A stretch of DNA of 64,000 nt from contig CAWGVS010000010.1 in assembly GCA_963826115.1 (NCBI GenBank), forward strand, positions 192,001 through 256,000, in the 5' to 3' direction. The DNA is from an uncultured Candidatus Rokubacteria bacterium (lineage in GTDB: Bacteria > Methylomirabilota > Methylomirabilia > Rokubacteriales > DASRDR01). Every line of letters starts with the position of its first letter. The stretch's first letter is position 1. The translations under genes and the position numbers were made by a program. This document shows positions 9,139 through 18,176 of the stretch, piece by piece. The notes under the pieces are model-generated. The model made no database searches, had not been told where the DNA came from, and saw nothing but the letters and a program-made list of their open reading frames with translations.

Positions 9139-10638
9139 TCAGGCGCCGAGGCGGACCCGCAGGACCGACACGGAGTGCGCGGGGAACTCGTGCTCGAGTC
9201 GATGCCCCGAGGCCGGCCGCCGCTGCTCCCTGACGCCGACCCGCTCGGGGTGCTCGAACGAGTTCGTCGCCTCCACGTCGGGCCCGTTGACCTCGGCGAC
9301 GTGGACCTCCTCGGCGAAGGTGGCGCCGCCCAGGTCGATCGTTGCCCGGTGGGCCCGGTCGCGGTCCCGGTTGACCACCCCGATCGTGAGCTCGCGGCCG
9401 GCGGCGTCGCACGTGGCCACGACGTCGAGCAGGGGGAAGGGGCCGAGATCGGCCACGTGGTGCACGCGGCCGAAGGTCCGCTCCTCGAGGCCGGCCGGGA
9501 GGTCGTGGGTCGGCGAGTCGACGTGGACGTCGAGGGCCACCTCCTGCATGTGCTCGGCGTAGAGGCGGAGCGGATGGTAGATCGTCTGGAGGAACAGCCC
9601 CTGGCGGCTGGTGAAGATCGGCGCGATGGCGTTCACGAGCTGGGCGAGGTTCGCCATCCGCACGACCCGGCAGTGGCGGATGAAGCCGTGGAGGTAGGTC
9701 GCGACCGCCAGCGCGTCGGAGAGGCTGTAGCGCTCCTCGATGCCGGTCCGCCGGTCCTGGTCGGTCCGCGTGCGGTACCACACGTTCCACTCGTCGAAGG
9801 CGATGTCGATCGGGTGCGCGAGCTGCTGCGTGTAGCGGGCTCGCTCGATCAGCGACGCGCAGATCCGGATGGCCCGCTCGGCCTGATGCGACTGGAAGAC
9901 GGTCGTGTAGTGGTCCGCCTGGCCCGTGTAGAGGTGGATGCTGTACCAGTCGATGATCGGGGCCAGCCCGTCGATCACGATCTGGTCCCAGTCGCTCCAC
10001 CCGTTGTGGCCGCAGCCGACGAGCTGGATGTCGGGATCGGTGCGCTTCATCACCAGCGCGAAGGCCCGCGCCTTCTTGACGTAGTCCTCGGGGCTGAGGT
10101 GCCCGATCTGCCAGCTCCCGTACATCTCGTTGCCGAGGCCCCAGTAGCGGACGCGGTAGGGCTCGGGATGGCCGTGGGCCCGCCGGAGGTTCGCCCAGTG
10201 GGTGTTGCCGGTGCCGTTGCAGTACTCCAGCCAGGCCTGGGCCTCGTCCATCGTGCCCGATCCCATGTTGACGCAGATGTAGGGCTCGGTCCCGAGGACC
10301 CGGCAGTACTCGAGGAACTCGTTCGTGCCGAAGCGGTTCGACTCCTCCGCGTACCACGCGAGCTCGCTTCGCCGCGGCCGGTCCGCCGCCGGCCCGACCC
10401 CGTCGAGCCAGTGGTACCCGCTCACGAAATTCCCGCCCGGCCAGCGGAGGACCGGGATCCGGAGCGGGCGGGCCGCCGCCAGCACGTCCTGCCGGAACCC
10501 GCGCGCGTCGCTGAGGGGCGAGCCTTCCTCGAAGATCCCGCCGTAGATGCAGCGGCCGAGATGTTCGATGAAGTTGCTGTAGATCCGCCGGTCCACGGTG
10601 CCGATCCGGCGGGCGAGGTCGATCGCGATCCGGGCCAT
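9139..10638 (-). CDS. abfA: Alpha-L-arabinofuranosidase, GH51
   Basis: FIEHLGRCIYGG, LRWPGGNF, WGLGNE (acid/base), FDEWNVW (nucleophile), MANLAQLVN. No signal peptide. Start MARIAID. Confidence 0.92.
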   Translation of the reverse strand: MARIAIDLARRIGTVDRRIYSNFIEHLGRCIYGGIFEEGSPLSDARGFRQDVLAAARPLRIPVLRWPGGNFVSGYHWLDGVGPAADRPRRSELAWYAEESNRFGTNEFLEYCRVLGTEPYICVNMGSGTMDEAQAWLEYCNGTGNTHWANLRRAHGHPEPYRVRYWGLGNEMYGSWQIGHLSPEDYVKKARAFALVMKRTDPDIQLVGCGHNGWSDWDQIVIDGLAPIIDWYSIHLYTGQADHYTTVFQSHQAERAIRICASLIERARYTQQLAHPIDIAFDEWNVWYRTRTDQDRRTGIEERYSLSDALAVATYLHGFIRHCRVVRMANLAQLVNAIAPIFTSRQGLFLQTIYHPLRLYAEHMQEVALDVHVDSPTHDLPAGLEERTFGRVHHVADLGPFPLLDVVATCDAAGRELTIGVVNRDRDRAHRATIDLGGATFAEEVHVAEVNGPDVEATNSFEHPERVGVREQRRPASGHRLEHEFPAHSVSVLRVRLGA

Positions 10639-10675
10639 GGGGCTCCCTTCGGTGACGCGGATAGGCAACGCTCGC

Positions 10676-10704
10676 AGTCTAGGAGGCCCCTTCCCGAGTG
10701 TCAA
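10676..10704 (-). promoter_or_regulatory. Sigma70-type promoter for GH51 gene
   Basis: Minus strand TTGACA-N17-TAGACT. Confidence 0.65.
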
Positions 10705-10767
10705 CGAACCGCATCGCAGGCGCGTCGGATCGATTGAACGGGATCGGCCCAGGCCTCCCGGACGGCG

Positions 10768-10796
10768 TTGACGCCCGCGGGCGCGCTGACTATAGT
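10768..10796 (+). promoter_or_regulatory. Sigma70-type promoter for sugar ABC operon
   Basis: TTGACG-N17-TATAGT. Confidence 0.7.
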
Positions 10797-10871
10797 CGCC
10801 TCAGGTAGCCCACTCCACGGTGCTCGATCCCAGGCCTATTCGTCACGCGGATTCTTGAACAGGAGGGCGTC

Positions 10872-12155
10872 ATGGCCGACGTCAAGCGTGAAAAGCGTCC
10901 GACACTCAGCCGCCGCCGGTTCCTCGGAAGCGCGCTCGGCGCCGCGGCCGCGGCGCCTGCGTTCGTGCGGCGCGCCGGAGCCCAGGCGAAGCCGACCATC
11001 ACGTACTGGAACGGCCTCACCGGCGCCGACGGCAAGGTGATGGACGGGCTCATCGAGCAGTTCACGAACGAGACCGGCATCAAGATGGAGCAGCAGCGCA
11101 TCCTCTGGCCCGACCTCTACGCGAAGCTCCAGGTCTCGGTGCCGGCCGGCGAGGGTCCGGACCTCTGCCTGATCCACACTGTCGAGGTCCCGCACTTCGC
11201 GAGCGACGGCATCCTCGACCCGATGGACCCCGGCCAGCTGGCGGGGAAGGGCTTCAAGGAAGAGGACTACCTGGCGTCGCCGTGGCACGGGGGCGTCTTC
11301 CAGGGGAAGCGCTACACGGTGCCGCTCGACGTGCCGCAGCACCTGTTCTACATGAACATGAAGGTCATGAAGGACGCTGGCCTCGTCGGGGCGGACGGCA
11401 AGCCGAAGGTGCCCGCGAGCGGAGCCGAGCTGGTTGCCATGGCGAAGCAGATCACCAAGGGCGACGTCTTCGGCTTCGCGATCGGGACGCTCAACCTCGG
11501 CAAGTACACATGGGGCTTCCACCACATGCTCTGGCAGAACGGCGTGAACGTGTACACGCCGGACCTCAAGCGCTCCGCGCTCAACGAGCCGGCGGCGATC
11601 GAGGCCGCGGAGTTCTGGGGGTCGTTCTTCGCGCAGCACAAGGTGGCGCCGCCCGCGAACGCGAACGCGCGCGACGCGTTCATCGCCGGAAAGCTCGGCA
11701 TGTGGATGGCCGGATCGTGGAACGTCGCCGGCCTGCGCGAGGCCAAGGTGGACTTCCAGGTTGCGCCCATGCCGCGGCTCCTGAAGCAGCCCGTCGTCTG
11801 GACCATCCCGCACCAGTACTCGTTCCCGAAGCCCAGGGCCGCCGACCCCGCGAAACGCGATGCCTGCTGGGCGCACATGCGCTGGATGGCCGACCACGTG
11901 GCCGAGTGGACGCTCAAGGCCGGCCAGGTCTCGGCGTTCCGCAAGGCGCACGCCGACCCGCGGATCCAGGCGGACCCGGTGCTCCGCACGCTCCTCGCCC
12001 AGTCGGGGAGCTGGCAGGTCGGCCAGCAGACCTCGAAGTGGGTGGCCGCGGAGAACCTGACGCGTCCGGTGATCGAGAACGTGTACATCGGCCAGACCCC
12101 CGCGCGCGCCGCCATGGAGGACCTCGCGAAGCAGATCAACGCGATGCCCACGTAG
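10872..12155 (+). CDS. Sugar ABC transporter substrate-binding protein (CUT1), Tat-exported
   Basis: SRRRFLG Tat signal; WNGLTGADG, GPDL, YTVPLD, FIAGKLGM..AGSW. Confidence 0.9.
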   Translation: MADVKREKRPTLSRRRFLGSALGAAAAAPAFVRRAGAQAKPTITYWNGLTGADGKVMDGLIEQFTNETGIKMEQQRILWPDLYAKLQVSVPAGEGPDLCLIHTVEVPHFASDGILDPMDPGQLAGKGFKEEDYLASPWHGGVFQGKRYTVPLDVPQHLFYMNMKVMKDAGLVGADGKPKVPASGAELVAMAKQITKGDVFGFAIGTLNLGKYTWGFHHMLWQNGVNVYTPDLKRSALNEPAAIEAAEFWGSFFAQHKVAPPANANARDAFIAGKLGMWMAGSWNVAGLREAKVDFQVAPMPRLLKQPVVWTIPHQYSFPKPRAADPAKRDACWAHMRWMADHVAEWTLKAGQVSAFRKAHADPRIQADPVLRTLLAQSGSWQVGQQTSKWVAAENLTRPVIENVYIGQTPARAAMEDLAKQINAMPT

Positions 12156-12246
12156 CGGCGCCCGTCGCTCCGATCGTGCGCGCGGTTGACGGCCGGCCCG
12201 CTCGGGTCCTGCGGGCCGGCCCCTCCGGGTTCGGAGGCTCTCCCCG

Positions 12247-13161
12247 GTGGCGGTGAGACCGGCCTCCGGTCGCGTCCGGCGCCAAGGCCATCTCCGCCAC
12301 GGGGCACTCACCCCCTACCTGTTCCTCCTGCCCGGGCTTCTCCTGTTCGGGGCGTTCCGGGCCTACCCGCTCCTCGACGGCCTGTGGCTCTCCTTCACGA
12401 ACGCGCGGCTGGGGCGCGCGGAGCACGTCTTCGTCGGCCTCGCCAACTACGCGAAGCTCCTGGAGGACGTCCGGTTCCAGGGGAGCCTCGTCAACACCGC
12501 CTTCTACTCCGTGGCGAGCACCGTGCCCATCCTCGCGGTGCCGCTGATCCTCGCCGTGCTCCTGGACCGCGGGATCCCGCTGCGCACGCTGCTCCGCAGC
12601 GCGTTCTTCTTCCCGTTCACCCTGTCCGTCGTCACGGTCGGGCTCACGTGGCTCTGGCTCCTGGATCCCGTGGTGGGGCCGTTCAACTACTACCTGAAGG
12701 CCGCCGGCGTGCCGGTGCGGGCGTGGCTCGCCGACCCGTCGACCGCGATGTGGGCGATCATCCTGACCACCGTGTGGTGGGTCACGGGGTACTACCTCGT
12801 GATCTACCTGGCGGGGCTCCAGGACATCCCGCCCGAGCTCTACGAAGCGGCGGCCATCGACGGGGCGAGCGGCTTGCGGCGGTTCTGGTCGATCACGCTC
12901 CCGCTTCTCCGCCCGGTGCTGCTGTTCGTCCTGGTCACGCACGTGATCGGATCGTTCCAGATCTTCGGCCAGGTCTACATACTCACCGAGGGCGGTCCGG
13001 GAGACGCCACCCGGACGGTGGTCCAGCACCTCTACGAGACCGCCTTCCGGAACTTCTTCCACTTCGGCTCGGCCAGCGCCATGGCCTGGGTGCTGTTCCT
13101 GATCATCCTCGGGTTCTCGCTGCTCCAGTTCCGCCTGCTCCGGGGGTACACGGAGTACTGA
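12247..13161 (+). CDS. Sugar ABC transporter permease (MalF-like)
   Basis: Multiple TM helices; LAGLQDIPPELYEAAAIDGA EAA motif. Confidence 0.92.
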   Translation: MAVRPASGRVRRQGHLRHGALTPYLFLLPGLLLFGAFRAYPLLDGLWLSFTNARLGRAEHVFVGLANYAKLLEDVRFQGSLVNTAFYSVASTVPILAVPLILAVLLDRGIPLRTLLRSAFFFPFTLSVVTVGLTWLWLLDPVVGPFNYYLKAAGVPVRAWLADPSTAMWAIILTTVWWVTGYYLVIYLAGLQDIPPELYEAAAIDGASGLRRFWSITLPLLRPVLLFVLVTHVIGSFQIFGQVYILTEGGPGDATRTVVQHLYETAFRNFFHFGSASAMAWVLFLIILGFSLLQFRLLRGYTEY

Positions 13162-14045
13162 TGGGCCCCGCGATCACCGTCGCGGCTGCGGGCGGGCGCG
13201 CGGGCCGCGCGTCGACCCGGCGGCGCGTCCTGGCGGCGGTCATGGTCGCCGTCGCGATCCTCTGGCTCCTGCCCGCGGTCTGGGTGCTGGTGACGTCCCT
13301 CAAGCGCGCCGAGGACATCATCCGGATGCCGCCCGAGTGGATCCCGTGGCCGCCCACGCTGGCGCACTACGTCGAGGTGCTGTTCTCCTCGTCGCGAACC
13401 GCCCGGATCGGTCGCGCGTTCCTCAACAGCGTGGTCGTGTCGCTCGGCTCGGTCGTCGTGGTGGTGATCACCAGCGCCATGGCCGCCTATCCGCTCGCGC
13501 GCATGCAGTTCCGGGGCCGGAACGCGATCTTCGCGCTGCTGGTCGGGAGCCTCATGATCCCGAACGCCGTGATCCTGGTGCCCCAGTACGTGCTCACCCA
13601 GCGCCTCGGCTGGCTCTCGACGTACCAGGGCATGATCGTCCCCGAGGCGGCGATGACCTTCGCCTTCGGCGTCTTCCTGCTGCGGCAGTTCTTCCTGACG
13701 ATCCCGCATGAGCTCGAGGACGCCGCCCGGATCGACGGGGCCGGCACCTGGCGCGTGTTCACGCGCATCGTGCTGCCGCTGTCCCAGCCGGTTCTCGCCG
13801 CGCTCGCGATCTTCGCCTTCCGCTCGGCCTGGAACGACTTCCTGTGGCCCCTGATCGCCGTGAACAAGCCCGACATGTTCCCGCTGCCGGTGGCGCTCGC
13901 GCTGCTCCGCGGCGCCTACGCGTCGGAGTCGTACGGGCCCATCATGGCCGGGGCGACGCTCTCGGCCCTCCCGCTCCTCCTCGTCTTCGTGGTGGCCAAC
14001 CGGCGTATCGTGGAGGGCGTGCGCGTGAGCGGACTCAAGGGATGA
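13161..14045 (+). CDS. Sugar ABC transporter permease (MalG-like)
   Basis: IPHELEDAARIDGA EAA motif, WNDFLWPL; start overlaps previous stop. Confidence 0.92.
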   Translation: MGPAITVAAAGGRAGRASTRRRVLAAVMVAVAILWLLPAVWVLVTSLKRAEDIIRMPPEWIPWPPTLAHYVEVLFSSSRTARIGRAFLNSVVVSLGSVVVVVITSAMAAYPLARMQFRGRNAIFALLVGSLMIPNAVILVPQYVLTQRLGWLSTYQGMIVPEAAMTFAFGVFLLRQFFLTIPHELEDAARIDGAGTWRVFTRIVLPLSQPVLAALAIFAFRSAWNDFLWPLIAVNKPDMFPLPVALALLRGAYASESYGPIMAGATLSALPLLLVFVVANRRIVEGVRVSGLKG

Positions 14046-14058
14046 GGAAAGGACCGCG

Positions 14059-15171
14059 ATGAGCAAGACGGTGTCGATCGACCGCCGGAAGCCGCTCGCC
14101 GAGGAGGCACGGACCGGCCACAACCGCTGGCATCCCGACATCGAGCCGATCGTGGAGGCGGACGAGGGCGAGGACGTGACCCTCGAGACCCGGGACGCCT
14201 GCGACGGCCACCTCACCCCGCGGTCAACCGTCGCGGATCTCGCGACGATCCCGGTCGGCGCCATCCATCCGCTGACTGGCCCCGTGGCCGTGAAGGGCGC
14301 GCGGCCGGGCGACCTGCTCGAGATCGAGTTCCGGGAGATCGTGCCCGAGACGTGGGCGTTCAGCGGCATCATCCCGGGCCTCGGCTACCTGCGCGACCTG
14401 ATGACCACGCCCTACCTCGTGCACTGGAACCTCGCGGACGGCTGGGCGACGTCGCCGCAGCTCCCGCGGGTCCGGATTCCGGGGGCGTCCTTCATGGGCG
14501 TGTCCGGCGTGGCGCCGTCGCGCGCCCAGGTCGAGGCGTGGACGCGCCGCGAGGCCGACGTCGCCGCGCGCGGCGGCCTGGCGCTGCCGCCGGACGCGGG
14601 CGGCGCGGTGCCGAGCCGCGGCGCGGCCGCGACGCACGGCCTCCGCACGCTGCCTCCGCGCGAGAACGGCGGCAACTTCGACGTGAAGCAGCTGACGCGC
14701 GGGTCGCGCCTCTACCTCCCCGTCAGCGTCGACGACGCGCTCTTCTCGACAGGCGACGGTCACTTCGCCCAGGGGGATGGCGAGGTCTGCGTGACCGCCG
14801 TCGAGATGGGGGCGACGTGCACCGTTCGCTTCCGCGTCCACCGGGGCGAGGCGGCCAGGCGCGGCATTCGCTGGCCGCGCTTTGCGCACCCCGACTACTT
14901 CACGGACCCTCGCTGGGCCGTGCCCCGGCGCTTCGTGGCCACGATGGGAATGCCGGTCGACGCCCAGGGGGTCAACCACGGCGAGGACCTGAACCTCGCG
15001 TGCCGGAACGCGCTCCTGGCGATGCTCGACCTTCTCGGGGAGCGCGGGTTCACCCGGGAGCAGGCCTACGTCATCGCGAGCGTGGCGGTCGACCTCCGGA
15101 TCAGCAACGTCGTCGACGTCCCGAACGTCACGGTCTCGGCCCTCCTGCCGGAAGACATCTTCCAGGGCTGA
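14059..15171 (+). CDS. Acetamidase/formamidase family protein
   Basis: GHNRWHPDI, HPLTGPV, PPRENGGNFD, GDGHFAQGDGEVC..AVE, VVDVPN. Confidence 0.92.
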   Translation: MSKTVSIDRRKPLAEEARTGHNRWHPDIEPIVEADEGEDVTLETRDACDGHLTPRSTVADLATIPVGAIHPLTGPVAVKGARPGDLLEIEFREIVPETWAFSGIIPGLGYLRDLMTTPYLVHWNLADGWATSPQLPRVRIPGASFMGVSGVAPSRAQVEAWTRREADVAARGGLALPPDAGGAVPSRGAAATHGLRTLPPRENGGNFDVKQLTRGSRLYLPVSVDDALFSTGDGHFAQGDGEVCVTAVEMGATCTVRFRVHRGEAARRGIRWPRFAHPDYFTDPRWAVPRRFVATMGMPVDAQGVNHGEDLNLACRNALLAMLDLLGERGFTREQAYVIASVAVDLRISNVVDVPNVTVSALLPEDIFQG

Positions 15172-15229
15172 GGCCCGGCCCGGCTGGTGCCGAGCTGCGC
15201 CTCGAGGCAGGCCCGGCGCCGGGCGGCCG

Positions 15230-16012
15230 CTACCAGAGCGTGTAGCCGCCGTCGATGACGAGGACCGCGCCGGTCATGTAGCGGGAGGCGTCGCTCGCCA
15301 GGTACACGGCGAGCGGCGCGAGGTCCTCCGGCTCGCCGTACTCCCCCATCGGCACCTGCGCCTTGAACGTCTCGATGATGGCCGGGTTGACGCTCTTCCA
15401 GCGCAGGTTGGGGGCGGTCATGAACCCGCCCGGCGCGATGGCGTTCACGGTGATCCGGTGCGGCGCCCAGTCCGCCGCCACCGCCCGCGTGAAGGCGATC
15501 ACCGCCGCCTTCCCTGTCTCGTAGCTCCGGCCGCCGATGCCCCGGTTCGCGATGAGGCCGGAGACCGACGCGATGTTGATGATCCGACCTCCGCGGCCTC
15601 GGCCGATCATCGCCCCCCCGAGGATCTTGGTGCAGACGAAGGTGCTCGTGAGGTTCAGATCGATGAGAGTCCGCCAGGTCTCGACGGGCATGTCCTGGGT
15701 GGGGATGTCCACGCGCCGGCCGCCGACGTTGTTGATCAGGATGTCGACAGGCCCGTGCTCGGCGAGTGCCGTCCGGCACGCGCGCTCGGCCTCCGCCGGC
15801 AGGCCGACGTCGGCCTGGATCGTGAACGCCTCCCGGCCCCGCGTCCGGATCTCGGTGGCCGTGTGGTCGAGAGCCGCCTGCTCCCGGCCCACCAGGACGA
15901 GGTTCGCCCCCGCCTCCGCGAGGCCCAGCGCCATCTCGCGCCCGAGCCCCCGGCTCCCGCCGGTGACGAACGCCCGCTTGCCGTCCAGTCGGAATCGGTC
16001 GAGGACTCCCAT
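15230..16012 (-). CDS. Classical SDR oxidoreductase (gluconate 5-dehydrogenase-like)
   Basis: TGGSRGLG, INNVGG, IINIAS, YETGK (YxxxK), VNAIAPG, IDGGY. Alternative GTG start at 16021. Confidence 0.9.
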   Translation of the reverse strand: MGVLDRFRLDGKRAFVTGGSRGLGREMALGLAEAGANLVLVGREQAALDHTATEIRTRGREAFTIQADVGLPAEAERACRTALAEHGPVDILINNVGGRRVDIPTQDMPVETWRTLIDLNLTSTFVCTKILGGAMIGRGRGGRIINIASVSGLIANRGIGGRSYETGKAAVIAFTRAVAADWAPHRITVNAIAPGGFMTAPNLRWKSVNPAIIETFKAQVPMGEYGEPEDLAPLAVYLASDASRYMTGAVLVIDGGYTLW

Positions 16013-16072
16013 GCCAGGCACCTTCCTTCCGGCCCGCGTCGCCGGCCTGTCGCCGCGACGATCCTGCTTCGA

Positions 16073-16219
16073 GCTATCTCGGCATCACGCGCATGTTCGC
16101 GACGCAAATCGCCTGGTCGGGCCCGGGAGAAACCCTTCACCCAGCCCTGCCGCGGTACGGGTCGGTCGTCCCGGCTGCAAAGGTAGACAGCAACGTTGCT
16201 GGCTCAGCGCGACCATCGC
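16073..16219 (-). pseudogene. Decayed duplicate of the 3' end of the SBP gene at 18177-19715
   Basis: Aligns by eye with 18176-18323 (e.g. tcggcatcacgcgcatgttcgcgacgc vs tcggcgtcacgcccatgttcgtgacgc; cacccagccctgc identical), including the stop codon, with several indels. Residual AMVAL and GFLP peptides. Confidence 0.75.
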
Positions 16220-16431
16220 CCCGTATCCGTGTTTCCGGCGGTGTCTCTGCTTTTTGGCTTTGGGGCGGAGCTCGCGCCGCTCCTGTTCGCGCACCGTTTT
16301 CCACTCGCGGAAGCCTTGGACTGACACGGACGGCGCTGCGCCGCGTCCAGCCTAACATCGGTCGATCCCCGCCGCATCTCTCCGGCCCGGCGCCGCTCGT
16401 TCGCACGGGCGATGGTAGGATCGCGACGAGC

Positions 16432-18105
16432 ATGCTCATGCGTGTCGATGGTGGCACGAGCAACGATCGCGAGGCCGTCTCGGCGGACGCCTCGCGACGA
16501 ATAGGCCCGCCCGCGCTCCTGGCCGATGTCGTCGCCGGCCTCACTTTCCTCGCGAGGCTCCCGGCTTTCCTGCGGCGCCCGATGAACCTGGCCGAGGCGC
16601 GGACCGTCGTCGACCGCCGGCGCGCCCAACGGAATGCGGCCTTCCTGGCCCTCATGCACCGAGAGGTGTTCGGTGTCGACAGTAGCCCGTACCGCGCCTT
16701 GCTGCGCCACGCCGGCTGCGAACGAGGCGATCTTGATCAGCTGGTTCGCACCGAAGGTCTGGAGCAGGCACTGGCTGTTCTCGCGCGGCGCGGCGTGTAC
16801 CTCACCGTCGATGAGTTCAAGGGGCGCCAGGCCATCCAGCGGGGCGGTGTCGCGCTCCAGGGCGCTCCGGGCCGCGCGGCCAGCAGCACCGCGCGCCACA
16901 TGATCGTCCAGCGGACGAGTGGAACACGAGGGGCCCGGTCGATCGTGCCGCTGGCACTGGCGTTCGAGGCAGAGCATACGGCCAGCGCCGGCCTGTTTCT
17001 CGCCGCCCGAGGCCACCGCGACTGGGCGCACGCGCTCTGGGAGGTCCCGGGGGGCGCCGCGCTTCGGCACGCCCTTTGGCTCAGCAAGCTAGGCGCCCCG
17101 CCGATGGAGTGGTTCACGCAGGTCGATCCCGGCGGGGCTTCTTTGCCGGCACGGTACGCGTGGAGCTGGCGGCTCGCCCGGTTGACGGGGACGGCTTGCG
17201 GTGTCCGCCTGCCCGGTCCGCGGTTCGTCGCGATCGACGAGCCCGCCGCGGTCGTCGACTGGATCCGGCGATGCCTGGCAATCGGGCGCGTCCCGCATCT
17301 GTGGACGTTCGTCACCTCCGCCGTGCGCGTCTGCCAGGCTGCCGAGGCCGCGGGTATTCCGCTGGACGGCGTCCAGTTCACCGCCAACGGCGAGCCCATC
17401 ACCAGGGAGCGAGTCGCCGCGATCGAGCGGACGGGCGCGCGACTCGGAGGCTACTACGGATCGGTGGAAACCGGCCCCATGGGCTATGCGTGTCTCGCGC
17501 CGAGCGAGCCCGACGAAATGCACGTCCTGGACGATCTTCACGCCGTCCTCACGGCGGACGAGACCCTCATGCCGCTCGGTCTACCTGAGGGCGCTGTGCT
17601 TGTGACGTCATTGCGCCCGAGTGCGCCGTTGCTCTTGCTCAATGTCGCGATCGGCGATCGCGCGGTCGCCGGCACCCGGCACTGCGGCTGTCCGATGGAG
17701 GCGTACGGGTGGAATTCACGGATGCACGGGGTCCGCAGTTACAGCAAGGTGACGGCGGCAGGCATGACGTTCTTTGACTCGGACCTGATCAGGATCCTGG
17801 AGGAGTCGTTGCCGTCGAAGTTCGGGGGTGGCCCGACCGACTACCAGCTGGCCGAGGAGGCCACTCCCGACGGGTGCTCGGCCCTGCGGCTCCTGGTGGC
17901 CCCGTCTCTCGGGCCGCTCGATGAAGGGGCGCTCATCGAGGTGTTTCTTGCGGCGGTCAGCGCTAGCGGCGCTGCGGCGCGGGTCATGAGCGCGACCTGG
18001 CGCGAGGCCAGCGTCGTGAGAATCGAGCGGCGGGCGCCAATCGTCAGCGACTCAGGGAAGATCGCACACTTCCGCGCCCCATCCGCACGCCTGGAACATT
18101 CCTGA
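16432..18105 (+). CDS. Atypical ANL adenylate-forming enzyme (PaaK/CapK-like)
   Basis: RTSGTRG (P-loop), YYGSVETG, LNVAIGD, CGC, SGK terminal lysine motif. More A/T third positions than neighbours. Start uncertain. Confidence 0.7.
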   Translation: MLMRVDGGTSNDREAVSADASRRIGPPALLADVVAGLTFLARLPAFLRRPMNLAEARTVVDRRRAQRNAAFLALMHREVFGVDSSPYRALLRHAGCERGDLDQLVRTEGLEQALAVLARRGVYLTVDEFKGRQAIQRGGVALQGAPGRAASSTARHMIVQRTSGTRGARSIVPLALAFEAEHTASAGLFLAARGHRDWAHALWEVPGGAALRHALWLSKLGAPPMEWFTQVDPGGASLPARYAWSWRLARLTGTACGVRLPGPRFVAIDEPAAVVDWIRRCLAIGRVPHLWTFVTSAVRVCQAAEAAGIPLDGVQFTANGEPITRERVAAIERTGARLGGYYGSVETGPMGYACLAPSEPDEMHVLDDLHAVLTADETLMPLGLPEGAVLVTSLRPSAPLLLLNVAIGDRAVAGTRHCGCPMEAYGWNSRMHGVRSYSKVTAAGMTFFDSDLIRILEESLPSKFGGGPTDYQLAEEATPDGCSALRLLVAPSLGPLDEGALIEVFLAAVSASGAAARVMSATWREASVVRIERRAPIVSDSGKIAHFRAPSARLEHS

Positions 18106-18128
18106 GCGGTCGGGTCGGCATGGGGGCG

Positions 18129-18161
18129 CGCGACCGCCTCCGCATTTAGGAGGCGGTCGCG
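18129..18161. terminator. Hairpin between convergent genes
   Basis: Perfect 13-bp stem CGCGACCGCCTCC / GGAGGCGGTCGCG with 7-nt loop; no U-tract. Confidence 0.6.
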
Positions 18162-18176
18162 GCGACCGTGGCTCCG

